From an uncultured Pirellulaceae bacterium (lineage in GTDB: Bacteria; Planctomycetota; Planctomycetia; Pirellulales; Pirellulaceae), in NCBI GenBank assembly GCA_964623055.1, contig CAZURK010000044.1, positions 2,152 to 66,151 of the forward strand: 64,000 nucleotides of DNA. Reading direction: 5' to 3'. Under the pieces are notes generated by a model, which made no database searches, had not been told where the DNA came from, and saw only the letters and a list, made by a program, of their open reading frames with translations. Position numbers and translations under genes: made by a program. The first letter of the stretch is position 1, and each line of letters opens with the position of its first letter. This document shows positions 17,909 to 27,027 of the stretch, piece after piece.

Positions 17909-17930
17909 GGTGGGGGCGGGCAACCCCACC
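17909..17930 (+). terminator. Weak GC-rich hairpin downstream of the 15054..17876 gene
   Basis: GGTGGGG - 8-nt loop - CCCCACC, located 33 nt after the stop codon. There is no T-tract, so its terminator function is uncertain. Confidence 0.3.
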
Positions 17931-18222
17931 AGTCGTAGCGACTGAAAACCGTTCAGTGGACGAAACTCGATGCAATTCAGCGTGGCGCGATGGAATTGTA
18001 ACAAGGGAGCGGAAGCATCCCCCTGTAGCTGCCCTTCACCCTGCTTTTCGCCGTGTCACATACGGTTTTCAATCTGTAACCGTGGATGGCCCCGTCTGCA
18101 GAGTGTAGCTTTTCGGGAGCGTGCGTAGGCTGAAGCGAAACCTGCGGCGGTTGGAGTTTGTCGGATATTGCTTCATGCAGAGACTGACCAATGACTTACA
18201 CAACCTCGGAGTGGAGGGGAAC

Positions 18223-19314
18223 ATGACACAGACGGCTATATTCCCAGGACGATACGTTCAAGGCGAAGGCGTTTTGGAGCGTCTCGGCGACGAGGTCACG
18301 CGGTTGGGCAGCCGTGCGTTGATCGTTGCCGGGAGGACTGCGGCGCAGGAGATCGTTCCAGGCTATCTCGACAAGTGGCAAGCGGTTTTTCAAGCTCATG
18401 TTGAACCGTTTGGCGGTGAATGCTCGGATCCTGAGATCGAACGCCTTTGCGCCTTGGCCTCCGAAAAGCAATGCGATGTCATTGTTGGGATGGGCGGCGG
18501 CAAGATTATCGATACGGCCAAGGCGGTTGGCCATCTGGCAAATGCACGCGTAGCCATTGTGCCCACCATCGCGTCGACCGACGCTCCAACAAGTGCCGTG
18601 TCGGTAATCTACACTGTCGACGGCGCATTTCAGCGGTATCTGTTTGTGCCGCGGAATCCAGACCTCGTGCTGGCCGATACCGCGGTGATCGCGCGGGCCC
18701 CGGTTCGCTTTCTGGTGGCTGGAATGGGTGACGCGCTGGCGACTTGGTTCGAGGCGGAATCGTGCCGACAAAGCTATGCTGAGAATCAGTGCGGGGGCAA
18801 CGGGACGCTCGCCGCCTACGCCATTGCTCGTTTGTGTTACGACACGATTCTTCAGCACGGAGTGGCGGCGAAGGCGGCATGCGCCGAGGGCGTTGTGACG
18901 CCGGCATTGTCGCACGTGGTCGAGGCAAACACGCTGCTCAGCGGACTTGGCTTCGAAAGCGGTGGGCTTGCTGCTCCGCATTCGATCCACAACGGTTTGA
19001 CTCGACTCGAAGGCACGCACGACTATTACCACGGCGAAAAGGTGGCCATCGGCGTGCTGGCCAGCCTGTTCCTTACCGACCGACCGAAGTCGCTGATCGA
19101 AGAAGCCTACGAGTTCTGCGAGTCGGTTGGCCTGCCGACCACGTTGGCCGATGTGGGCCTTGCCGACGTGACCAACGAAGATCTGATGCTGGTGGCCGAA
19201 GGAGCCTGCGCCGAGGGCGAAACGATCTACCATGAACCGTGTCCCGTTTCCCCAGCCGCGGTGCTGGCCGCGCTCAAAACGGCTGACCGTATCGGCCGGC
19301 AGCGGCAAGGTTGA
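18223..19314 (+). CDS. gldA: Glycerol dehydrogenase (iron/zinc-dependent alcohol dehydrogenase family III)
   Basis: GGAGGGGA RBS lies before the ATG at 18223. Motifs are IFPGRYVQGEGVL, GMGGGKIIDTAKAV, PTIASTDAPTSA and GDALATWFEA. The ~363-aa length matches GldA. Confidence 0.88.
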   Translation: MTQTAIFPGRYVQGEGVLERLGDEVTRLGSRALIVAGRTAAQEIVPGYLDKWQAVFQAHVEPFGGECSDPEIERLCALASEKQCDVIVGMGGGKIIDTAKAVGHLANARVAIVPTIASTDAPTSAVSVIYTVDGAFQRYLFVPRNPDLVLADTAVIARAPVRFLVAGMGDALATWFEAESCRQSYAENQCGGNGTLAAYAIARLCYDTILQHGVAAKAACAEGVVTPALSHVVEANTLLSGLGFESGGLAAPHSIHNGLTRLEGTHDYYHGEKVAIGVLASLFLTDRPKSLIEEAYEFCESVGLPTTLADVGLADVTNEDLMLVAEGACAEGETIYHEPCPVSPAAVLAALKTADRIGRQRQG

Positions 19315-19501
19315 CTACGATCTCGGCTATCGAGGCTACGTCGATGTGCGTTGCGTCTGAAGACCACGGAATCTTCCGCCATCGCCGTGTTCTCGCTCCC
19401 AAACAGCGCGAATCTGCTACAATATCCCATAGGTTCAGTTTGCACGGTCTCGTCACGTTAAGTGGCGACCAGTCTCTCCGTCTATCGTGGGGGAAGGTCA
19501 A

Positions 19502-20566
19502 ATGGAACTCGTTGCCGGTAGCCTGAACGTCGAAGTCGACGAGTACCTGCACGCTGGATATCTGTCCGCAAGTCCTCGGACTTTCAAAGATTATGGGGCC
19601 CATAGTCTCCAGCATGCCAAGACCAACCTGATCGATGTCAAGGCAGCCTTGCGGCTAGAGAGTGCTGAGAGTCAGTCCACACATCAGCCGACAGCCGAAG
19701 TCTCCGTCCGACCGACGGCATTGGCACCGGCTTCCATGGCCAGCGAAGGCTTTCTGTTGGCGACATTGTTCTTCTTCTTTGCTTATCTCATCGGCCTCTA
19801 CTATCGCCGCATCCGAAAAATGGAGAAGCCCGGATGGCGTCCTTGGCTATTGGCTGTGACGCCACTGCTGGTTGTCGTTGTCGGCTCCTGCGCGTATCAA
19901 GTCTATGAAGAGCACCGATTGAATAGCCTTCCTCCGCCATGGACGGGCGTCCCCGTCGAAGGTTACGAGAACCCGGTGGCGGCAACACAGGCGATCTTGC
20001 ATGGTTTGGTGGCAAACGCACTTCCAGGAAGCTCGGCGGACGTCAGGGAACTGGCCGCAATCCAGCACGAGGTGGCGTTTCCCGTCCCGACCGAGAATTA
20101 TACGCCCGGCATGTCCTACGCTCAGACAATGTACGGTCGCGATGGGTGGGGTAGGGAGTTCAAATTCGACCCACTCCCAAAAGGATGCTATCGCATCGTC
20201 AGTGCAGGCGCAGACGGATCGCATGGCACGTCGGACGACATCGTTCTGGTCACGCCCAAGAAGGACGCTGACAACTGGGAGCAATTGGTCAATGGAGTGT
20301 ACATGCGCCGGATGCCCGGAGATACGTATGCCTGTTTCATTCACCGTGTCACGCATGCTAACTTCCGCTGGATGGACTCGGCGATGGCTCGGGATCTAAC
20401 CGGAACAGAGGTGTTCGATACGTTCAGCTTTGATGATCAGTCGCGTGGCACAAAGGAGGAACATCCTATTTTGGCTCAACTGAGGGAGCATCAGGAATCC
20501 CACCCGCTCGACCAAGAGTCAGATCCGCTGTTTTTCGTCCACATTGCGCCTACCGAGGATGGTTGA
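19502..20566 (+). CDS. Hypothetical bitopic/polytopic membrane protein, first gene of the CPBP-rSAM operon
   Basis: GGGGGAAGG lies before the ATG at 19502. About 85 aa are cytoplasmic, followed by two TM helices, FLLATLFFFFAYLIGLYY and WLLAVTPLLVVVVGSCAY. The periplasmic domain carries RIVSAGADGSHGTSDDIVLV, reminiscent of the GspG pseudopilin C-terminal motif. Confidence 0.6.
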   Translation: MELVAGSLNVEVDEYLHAGYLSASPRTFKDYGAHSLQHAKTNLIDVKAALRLESAESQSTHQPTAEVSVRPTALAPASMASEGFLLATLFFFFAYLIGLYYRRIRKMEKPGWRPWLLAVTPLLVVVVGSCAYQVYEEHRLNSLPPPWTGVPVEGYENPVAATQAILHGLVANALPGSSADVRELAAIQHEVAFPVPTENYTPGMSYAQTMYGRDGWGREFKFDPLPKGCYRIVSAGADGSHGTSDDIVLVTPKKDADNWEQLVNGVYMRRMPGDTYACFIHRVTHANFRWMDSAMARDLTGTEVFDTFSFDDQSRGTKEEHPILAQLREHQESHPLDQESDPLFFVHIAPTEDG

Positions 20567-21293
20567 CGAACCGGCAGCCGCGGCTGGAGAGCATCAATCG
20601 CCAACCGATGCCTCTCCCAAAAGACTGATGCGCGAAGCACTGTCGCTTGCGCTGATCTTGGGTCTTACGCTCGGCGTGTCGGCGCTGGAACGACGCGATC
20701 TCATTCCGTGGCAGGGCTATCCGTCGTCCTTGCTTCTTCTGATTCTCTGTCTGTGGCACTGGAAGCATTTTCGTATTGACCTCCGGCTCTTTCGCCCACA
20801 GACACAGCGCCGGGTATTTCCACTCGTTTTCTCTGCCGTGCTTGTGGCGACGCTGCTGCTTTTCGCGAATGTACCGCTTTCGCCCAGGGTCGGTTATGCT
20901 CCCTCGTACTGGCAGTTGCTGCACTTGATCGTGGTTGTGCCTCTATCCGAAGAGTTGTATTTCAGGGGATTGCTTCTGGAGCATTTGCGTAGAGGATTCT
21001 CTGCCATTCACGCCGTCGTGCTTTGTACGTTGTTGTTTGGTCTTCTCCATCTGCCGGCCGGGGCGGGGTTCCTGGCCGGAGGACTTTCGTTGGTCGCGTG
21101 TATACTGGTGTTAAGAAACGGCTCGCTCGTCTACGCCTTTCAGCTACACGTGGCGTGGAACGCGATGACGCAAATCGCCCGTATCAATGACCGCTCGTCG
21201 CGGTGGCTTTGGGCAGCCACGGCATCCGCCATTATCGCCGCGTTGGCGGCCGGTCTGTTCACTGGACGATCGACTCGTGATTCAACTCCATGA
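20559..21293 (+). CDS. CPBP-family (CAAX/Abi) intramembrane glutamic endopeptidase
   Basis: All three CPBP motifs are present: SEELYFRG (EExxxR), FGLLH (FxxxH) and HVAWN (HxxxN). The product is a multi-TM protein. The ATG at 20559 overlaps the upstream stop (ATGGTTGA). Confidence 0.85.
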   Translation: MVDEPAAAAGEHQSPTDASPKRLMREALSLALILGLTLGVSALERRDLIPWQGYPSSLLLLILCLWHWKHFRIDLRLFRPQTQRRVFPLVFSAVLVATLLLFANVPLSPRVGYAPSYWQLLHLIVVVPLSEELYFRGLLLEHLRRGFSAIHAVVLCTLLFGLLHLPAGAGFLAGGLSLVACILVLRNGSLVYAFQLHVAWNAMTQIARINDRSSRWLWAATASAIIAALAAGLFTGRSTRDSTP

Positions 21294-22662
21294 CCACCTC
21301 GAAGCCCGGAAAGCGTCCCTGCACGAAGAGCGTGACGAACGACACCTCTTCGTCTGGGGAGATCTCGGCCAATGGCTGGTGGTCGACGACGAGGCCGCGA
21401 TCCTGCTAAAGTGCTTTGCCGAATCACGGTCGGTTGCCGAGGCGTTGACGGAATACTCCCGCGCGGTCAACAAGAGTCGCGACGCTGCGGTGCAAGAAGC
21501 CTTGCCCGTGGTTGACGCTCTGGTTGAACGGGGAATTCTCGGCTCGCCACCGCCATCGCCGTCGCCACCCGAAGAGCGTTTGCGGGTCTCGAACCTGACT
21601 TTCAACATCACCAATCAGTGCAATTTGCGCTGTCCTTGGTGCTACAATCCGCGTTCGGAAGACTGCGAGATCCCAGTTTCTGATCTGATGAACTGGTTGG
21701 ACAAGGGGGCCGAAGCACTTGACCGCGACGCTGCGTTCATCATTCTCGGTGGCGAACCTTTTCTCGACGAAGCGCGGTTGCTGTCAACCGTTCAAGAAGT
21801 TCGCGAGCGATCGTCCGGCGAGATCCTCGTATCGACCAACGGAACGCTCCTCGGCGATCAAGCCCCAGGGGAACTTGCTGCGGCCGACGCGACCGTGCAG
21901 ATCTCTCTCGACAGTCCCTCGCCAGAGCGACACAATGCGATCCGCGGCAACCGTGTGTTCGAGCGTGCTGTGTCGACCACCAAGCGACTGATCGATGCAG
22001 GCGTACATACCGTTCTTTCCATGGTCTTGACGCAGTCGAGCGAAGAGGAGCTTGAGGCATACTTCGATCTGGCCGTCGAGATCGGTGCACACGAGGTGCG
22101 TTTTGTTCCGCTTCGCCGGATTGGTTGCGGAGTCGACTATTCTGATGTGGCCCCGGATCTGTACGAGTGTTTTCGAAGACTTGTGGAAATCCTGAGACGA
22201 AGGCCCGAACTGGCCCAATTGCTACATCGTGACTTCTTCTCCATCCTCATGACCGTGTGTCGCTTCAGCCGCCTCCGCAGCAATTGCGGGATCGGTCGCC
22301 GGTGTTTGTTTGTCGATGCCAGCGGAGATATCTTCCCGTGTCCGAATCATCGCGGCAGCAAGTATTCCTGCGGCAACGTGAGCACGGCACCCCTTGCCCA
22401 GTTACTTGAGGACTCGATGGTGCTAAATGACCTTCGAGGCCGATACCATCTCGACGGTATGCCAACGTGTGCGCGGTGTGCGTACCGCTACTGGTGTGCG
22501 GGGGACTGCCGTGCCGAAGCCCTTGCCACCACCGGCAGGCCAAACGCGCCCTCGCCATACTGCGATGCCATCAAAAAAGTAATGACGGAGATGTTCTGGT
22601 TGATGGCCGACGGCTGGCAGGGAATGGGCAACCGAGAACAGGTAGTCCGACCCTGGAGTTGA
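21277..22662 (+). CDS. Radical SAM / SPASM-domain maturase with an N-terminal PqqD-like RiPP recognition element
   Basis: The CxxxCxxC cluster is NQCNLRCPWCYN (Cys codons at 21619, 21631, 21640). The SAM-binding GGE motif is IILGGEPF. The SPASM cysteines are CGIGRRCLFVDASGDIFPCPN and CARCAYRYWCAGDCRAEA. The N-terminal segment WLVVDDEAAILLKCFAESRSVAEALTEYSR...ALPVVDALVERGIL is PqqD-like. The start is uncertain: I chose the GTG at 21277, which overlaps the CPBP stop, while the track ORF begins at 21187. Confidence 0.85.
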   Translation: MIQLHDHLEARKASLHEERDERHLFVWGDLGQWLVVDDEAAILLKCFAESRSVAEALTEYSRAVNKSRDAAVQEALPVVDALVERGILGSPPPSPSPPEERLRVSNLTFNITNQCNLRCPWCYNPRSEDCEIPVSDLMNWLDKGAEALDRDAAFIILGGEPFLDEARLLSTVQEVRERSSGEILVSTNGTLLGDQAPGELAAADATVQISLDSPSPERHNAIRGNRVFERAVSTTKRLIDAGVHTVLSMVLTQSSEEELEAYFDLAVEIGAHEVRFVPLRRIGCGVDYSDVAPDLYECFRRLVEILRRRPELAQLLHRDFFSILMTVCRFSRLRSNCGIGRRCLFVDASGDIFPCPNHRGSKYSCGNVSTAPLAQLLEDSMVLNDLRGRYHLDGMPTCARCAYRYWCAGDCRAEALATTGRPNAPSPYCDAIKKVMTEMFWLMADGWQGMGNREQVVRPWS

Positions 22663-22724
22663 GATGACTCGTGACGAATCGCAGTTTATAATGGAAGGCC
22701 GTTCGGCCTCCTCCGGAGAGAGAC

Positions 22725-23549
22725 ATGTCACAGTCCTCGGTGGCTTGCCCGCATTGCCAACATCACCTGGCCAATTCTCCCGAATTGGCCGGTCTGGCCG
22801 TCAATTGCCCTGAGTGCGGTGGTCAGTGTCTCATGCCTGCGGCGAACCCAGTTGCAGCCCCTCCGCCGCCTAAGGCCAAACCGGCCGCAGCACGTCCTGC
22901 CCCGGCGAAGAACCCAAGACCCGCGGCCCCTGCCACCGCTGGCCCCACCGTCGCGCCACCTGGTGCGGAAACACCTTTGATCAACACCGACCCTGCCGCG
23001 CCCAAAACCAAACGATCGACGCCGCGCGGTCGAAGACGCAAGTCCCCGGCTTCGGCTTGGGGGCTGGCCGGACTGTTGGTCACACCGGCAATCATCGGTC
23101 TTGTCGTTGTGTTGCTGGTCGTTGGGCTGAAGGAGAATAAGAACGCGGAACAGCGGTTGTTCGGGACTTGGGAGGTCGATTTGGACGATCTTGCCCGCCA
23201 GGGACTGGGCACGGGGGTTGGTGCTGGATTCCACAGCCGCGAAAACCCTGGCGACGCCCTTCGCGATGCGGGAATCAGGGTCGGCATCCGCTTCCAGAAA
23301 GACGGACGTGTCTTCCTGGATTCCCGCGTCCCGGACGAGTCGGAGCGGGCGTGGGGTAGCTGGAAAGTGGTGCGATCCAAGAAGACATCGATGCGAGTTT
23401 CGATCGACTGGGACGACGAATTCGGACGCGAACTCGTCGACATCGAGTTTCTATCCCAGGATCGTTATAGGGCGAAATCCACTGCGCTCTTTGACCGCAC
23501 CACGCTGGTTTATCAACGCCTCGAGCCCCCCAGCACGGCTAACAAGTAA
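22725..23549 (+). CDS. Hypothetical zinc-ribbon / proline-rich linker / single-TM protein
   Basis: GGAGAGAG RBS. The zinc ribbon is CPHC...CPEC. A ~90-aa Pro/Ala-rich linker follows, then the TM helix GLAGLLVTPAIIGLVVVLLVVGL and a ~140-aa C-terminal domain. Confidence 0.6.
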   Translation: MSQSSVACPHCQHHLANSPELAGLAVNCPECGGQCLMPAANPVAAPPPPKAKPAAARPAPAKNPRPAAPATAGPTVAPPGAETPLINTDPAAPKTKRSTPRGRRRKSPASAWGLAGLLVTPAIIGLVVVLLVVGLKENKNAEQRLFGTWEVDLDDLARQGLGTGVGAGFHSRENPGDALRDAGIRVGIRFQKDGRVFLDSRVPDESERAWGSWKVVRSKKTSMRVSIDWDDEFGRELVDIEFLSQDRYRAKSTALFDRTTLVYQRLEPPSTANK

Positions 23550-23599
23550 GCCGTGCCACGCGCCTGCACACAAGGCACAGCCAAGGAAGGAAACTGCAC

Positions 23600-26500
23600 A
23601 TGCTTGCACGATACGCGTTCTGGACCATCCTCTTGGCTCCCCTCGCCTCCAGCGTCGCTGGCGAACTGCTACCGCGTGCTTCAGAGCCCGTCGAAGTCGT
23701 ACTTCCCGATTTCGGTGCGGAAGTGCGAGCCTTCGACGCGCCGGACCGTCGGCCTGTGGCGTGGTGGCCGCATGTGGTCAATGCCGCTTGGGGCGGCGGT
23801 CGCGGCGGGCCGGAACGCCGGGGCGGGTGGCTGGACGAGCATTGGGAAATGGTCGACTACTTGGACCGTTCGGCTGATTACACGACTCACGAGTATCTCA
23901 AGCACCGCGGAATCTGGTACGAAGTGTATGGCAGCAACGAGTACCAGGAGACTATCCACTTCCACGAGGAGGGCGCCCGCGAACTGCTCTGGGAGAACGG
24001 TATCGCCCGCGACATGCTTGGTAAGCACGTGCTCAGCGAGCACTACAACACCGGGGTCGACTGGTGGCGCGAGCGTATCGGCTGGGATGCGTACATCGTC
24101 TGCAACAACGCGCCGCGCTGGTGGTCGGTGATCAACTACGACTGGCTCACCAGCCCGCTTCTTGGCTTTGCCATCAGCCAGGACAACATCGGCGGTCCGA
24201 CGTCGCGGATCGGCGCCGGCGGACACGGCCGCTATTGCGACTACTGCAACGCCAAGTTCTTTCACCACCTCGCCCAAGCCGATCGGCTGCCGGAATTCCG
24301 CCGCCAGTACAAGCACATTCGGGGCTACGTCCAAGCCAACATGATGGACGTGGTTCACCAATTGCCACCGCACGCACAGCATCGCTGGAACGCGGCCGAG
24401 GCCGAATTGATGGCACGCATGTGCGAACCGCCCGTGATGTCGGAGTACCACAAATTCCTTTACATCTCCCACCTGCACAACTTCATCCGGCACTACCAGG
24501 ACGCCAAGTTGATCGCCCAGCGGCAGGGACGCCAATACGACGTGCACGGGAATCAGGGCGGGTCGTTCATCGGGCCGAACCCGTATCAAGTGGCACTGTC
24601 CGACTTCGTCGACACCGTCTGGTTCGAGAGCAAAGGGATTTCGACGTACGACATGTTCAAGTTCGGCTGGAACAATGCATCGGGCGCCTTCCGGTACAAG
24701 ATGGGCCGGGCCATGACTCGCGGCGTGAAGCCGTTCATGTCGATGACCGGCTTCCACAAGCACACGGCAGACATCGTCGAACACGAAATGGCCGAAGCCT
24801 GCGCTGGCGGCGGTGTGTTGTTCGTGAACCAACAAGCGTTCGAGCAAGAGCCGATTCTGCTGGACAAACTGACCGAGTACTTCCGCCTGCGCCACAATCA
24901 CCGCGCGATCTACGCCAATCACACAAAGCAACCGTATGCCCGGGTCGCCCTGGCGTACTCGATCCCCACGATGATGTACCGCAACTACCAGTACACCGGC
25001 GACGCCCCGCCGAACAACGCCCTGCCCGGCACGGCCCGAGCGTTGGAGGAAGGTCACATCCCGTTCGAAGTCGTTATCCTGAACCACCCGGAAATCCACG
25101 CCGACCGCGTGACGCTGGAACAGCTCAAGCTGTACCGAATGATCATACTCCCGGCACTGGAATGTCTCAGTGACGCACAGATCGACTTGTTCACCCGGTA
25201 TGTGCAGACCGGCGGCACTTTGGGACTGATCGGCCAGTCCGGCATCCGCGACGAGAACAATCTGCCGCGTTCCGGTTCGGCGGAGCCCCAATGGCAGAAG
25301 GCAGGCCGCGTCATCGACATCCTTCCCGGTCGCAACTTTCTGCCGACTCGCACGCGCGAAAACGATCAGACGCGCGAGCTGACGGCAGTGGCGCTCGAAG
25401 CGCTGCGCCAAGGTCTCGACAGCGATACGATCATCTCAGGCAATCTACCGCGGTTGCTCTGGATCAACACGTGGAATCACGGAAATGACTTCATCAGCGT
25501 TCACTTCGTCAACTACAACGTCGACTTCGAATCCGGCAATGCCACGCCGACCGAGTCGGCGGAAGTGACCGTGACGCTACCGCCGGATATCCCAGCCGAA
25601 CAGGCTGCCTGGCTTGGACCTGACGGCACACGGCGAACACTGCGAATGGTGGTTCAAGGAACGAAAGTCACGGTGACACTGCCGCCGGTCCGGGTCTACG
25701 GCGTGCTGATCGTGGGTCGCAAAGAACTGGATCGAGCATACAACTCATTGGTACGCGGCGACGCCCTGATGGCACGTGCCACGATGGCCTGCGACGGACA
25801 ATGGAACGAGTTAGAGGACCGTGCGGATGCGCTCGCTGCCAGACGTACGGTCGTCGCGACTGAGTTGAACCGAAACGGCGGAGTGGCTGCAGCCGAAGAC
25901 TATGCCCGGCAGGCGTCGGCTCTCATCCAGGAGATCCAGCGTTCACAGGATGTCGCCTACATGTGCCGCGTAAGTGAAAGTGTCAATACGGACGGCGCAG
26001 TGCTGGCGCTCGATTTCGGTGGATCACGCGAACAGCCTCTGTGGCGCATCGTGGAGCCAACAACCACTTACGATCCGCAGACCGGTTTTGGCTGGCTTCC
26101 GTGGAATGACGAAACCGACGCCACGCCCGAGGAGCGATACTACGCGATGGCGCAGAAGTACGGCGGCAGCATGGCAACCCAGGTAACCGCTGGTCGATTG
26201 CTGTTCTGGCCCTACCGCCAGCCGCCTCCCGCGCCACTCAGCACGAACCTCGCGTGCGGCATGTCTCGTAGGTTTCGCATCGACATCGAACCGGGCGATT
26301 ACACCGTGCGCGTGGTGACCACGAATCCGTCATGGACCAATCGCAATTTCTTCGTTTCCGGCATGGTACGTCTGAACGACGAGTATCGACTGTTGGACGC
26401 GGTACACGACAAAGGAACTCTGGAATCGCGCGAATTCTTCGTCAAAACACCCGACGGCAAGCTCGATTTCACCTTCGGCGGCCCAACCGGTTGGGGTGTG

Positions 26501-27004
26501 GCCGCTCTGATAATCCGACGCGGCGGTCGTTCCACGAGCGATCACCAAACGACCGAAGGCTTGCGTGCTTGGCACGTCAGTCCGCGCTTTGCCAATCCCG
26601 ACTGGTACCCAATCACTCAGGTGACCTGCCCACCGGAACGTCGACTTGCCAGTCTCCCCGAGGCCGACTGGACCATGATCAAGGCCCCCGTCGCCGGTCT
26701 TCCCGTGGTCGATATGGGCACGAACCGCCAAGCCGAGATCGGCGACGTCGTATACGCTGCTACGACGATCGAGTCACCAACAGCGCGAGATGTCCATTTC
26801 CATTTTGGCGCCACCAGCCAAGCGCAGTTGTGGCTCAACGGCAAGTCAATCGGATACGCGCCGAACGAAAAGGGCTTGCGACGCGACGAGTTGGTCGTTC
26901 CGGTACATCTCGCCGAAGGAGAGAATACGCTGGTGGTCAAAATCCAGCGATTCTGGGAACGTCGTTGGATGTTCTACGCCAGCCTGACCGACGGGGGCGA
27001 TTAG
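23600..27004 (+). CDS. Large secreted hypothetical protein, glycoside-hydrolase-like architecture (unknown family)
   Basis: AAGGAAGGA RBS and a signal peptide. The middle segment IPFEVVILNHPEIHADRVTLEQLKLYRMIILPALECLSDAQIDLFTRYVQTGGTLGLIG resembles the GH42-type trimerisation/glutamine-amidotransferase-like domain. The C-terminal segment FHFGATSQAQLWLNGKSIGY...GENTLVVKI resembles a galactose-binding-like domain. Confidence 0.65.
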   Translation: MLARYAFWTILLAPLASSVAGELLPRASEPVEVVLPDFGAEVRAFDAPDRRPVAWWPHVVNAAWGGGRGGPERRGGWLDEHWEMVDYLDRSADYTTHEYLKHRGIWYEVYGSNEYQETIHFHEEGARELLWENGIARDMLGKHVLSEHYNTGVDWWRERIGWDAYIVCNNAPRWWSVINYDWLTSPLLGFAISQDNIGGPTSRIGAGGHGRYCDYCNAKFFHHLAQADRLPEFRRQYKHIRGYVQANMMDVVHQLPPHAQHRWNAAEAELMARMCEPPVMSEYHKFLYISHLHNFIRHYQDAKLIAQRQGRQYDVHGNQGGSFIGPNPYQVALSDFVDTVWFESKGISTYDMFKFGWNNASGAFRYKMGRAMTRGVKPFMSMTGFHKHTADIVEHEMAEACAGGGVLFVNQQAFEQEPILLDKLTEYFRLRHNHRAIYANHTKQPYARVALAYSIPTMMYRNYQYTGDAPPNNALPGTARALEEGHIPFEVVILNHPEIHADRVTLEQLKLYRMIILPALECLSDAQIDLFTRYVQTGGTLGLIGQSGIRDENNLPRSGSAEPQWQKAGRVIDILPGRNFLPTRTRENDQTRELTAVALEALRQGLDSDTIISGNLPRLLWINTWNHGNDFISVHFVNYNVDFESGNATPTESAEVTVTLPPDIPAEQAAWLGPDGTRRTLRMVVQGTKVTVTLPPVRVYGVLIVGRKELDRAYNSLVRGDALMARATMACDGQWNELEDRADALAARRTVVATELNRNGGVAAAEDYARQASALIQEIQRSQDVAYMCRVSESVNTDGAVLALDFGGSREQPLWRIVEPTTTYDPQTGFGWLPWNDETDATPEERYYAMAQKYGGSMATQVTAGRLLFWPYRQPPPAPLSTNLACGMSRRFRIDIEPGDYTVRVVTTNPSWTNRNFFVSGMVRLNDEYRLLDAVHDKGTLESREFFVKTPDGKLDFTFGGPTGWGVAALIIRRGGRSTSDHQTTEGLRAWHVSPRFANPDWYPITQVTCPPERRLASLPEADWTMIKAPVAGLPVVDMGTNRQAEIGDVVYAATTIESPTARDVHFHFGATSQAQLWLNGKSIGYAPNEKGLRRDELVVPVHLAEGENTLVVKIQRFWERRWMFYASLTDGGD

Positions 27005-27027
27005 GGACACTAGCCAGGAATAGGATC

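Noticed and set aside
19311-19526. 71-aa TTG-initiated ORF upstream of the rSAM operon as a possible RiPP precursor.
   Set aside because: It has a non-canonical start and no RBS. It overlaps the better-supported start of the membrane-protein gene at 19502. Its sequence has no leader/core organisation or Cys/Ser/Thr enrichment.
21277-22662. The radical SAM/SPASM gene as an anaerobic sulfatase-maturating enzyme (anSME), given the many sulfatases nearby.
   Set aside because: anSMEs have the CxxxCxxC cluster within the first ~25 residues and no PqqD-like N-terminal domain. Here the cluster sits ~115-145 residues in, behind an RRE-like domain. The gene is also translationally coupled to a CPBP protease rather than to a sulfatase.
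23681-25411. 576-aa minus-strand ORF antisense to the 1134-aa gene. Similar long antisense ORFs occur at 1853..2866(-), 10414..11559(-), 18196..19308(-), 29825..31057(+), 37018..38334(+), 39395..40429(-), 40460..41920(-), 43567..44868(-), 46394..47386(+), 52386..53861(+), 53868..55577(+), 56023..57552(+) and 60207..61049(+).
   Set aside because: They lie fully inside genes on the other strand that carry clear family motifs. Their translations are Arg/Gly/Pro/Ala/Val-rich low-complexity sequence, typical of shadow ORFs in ~60% GC DNA. None has a signal, RBS or recognisable domain.
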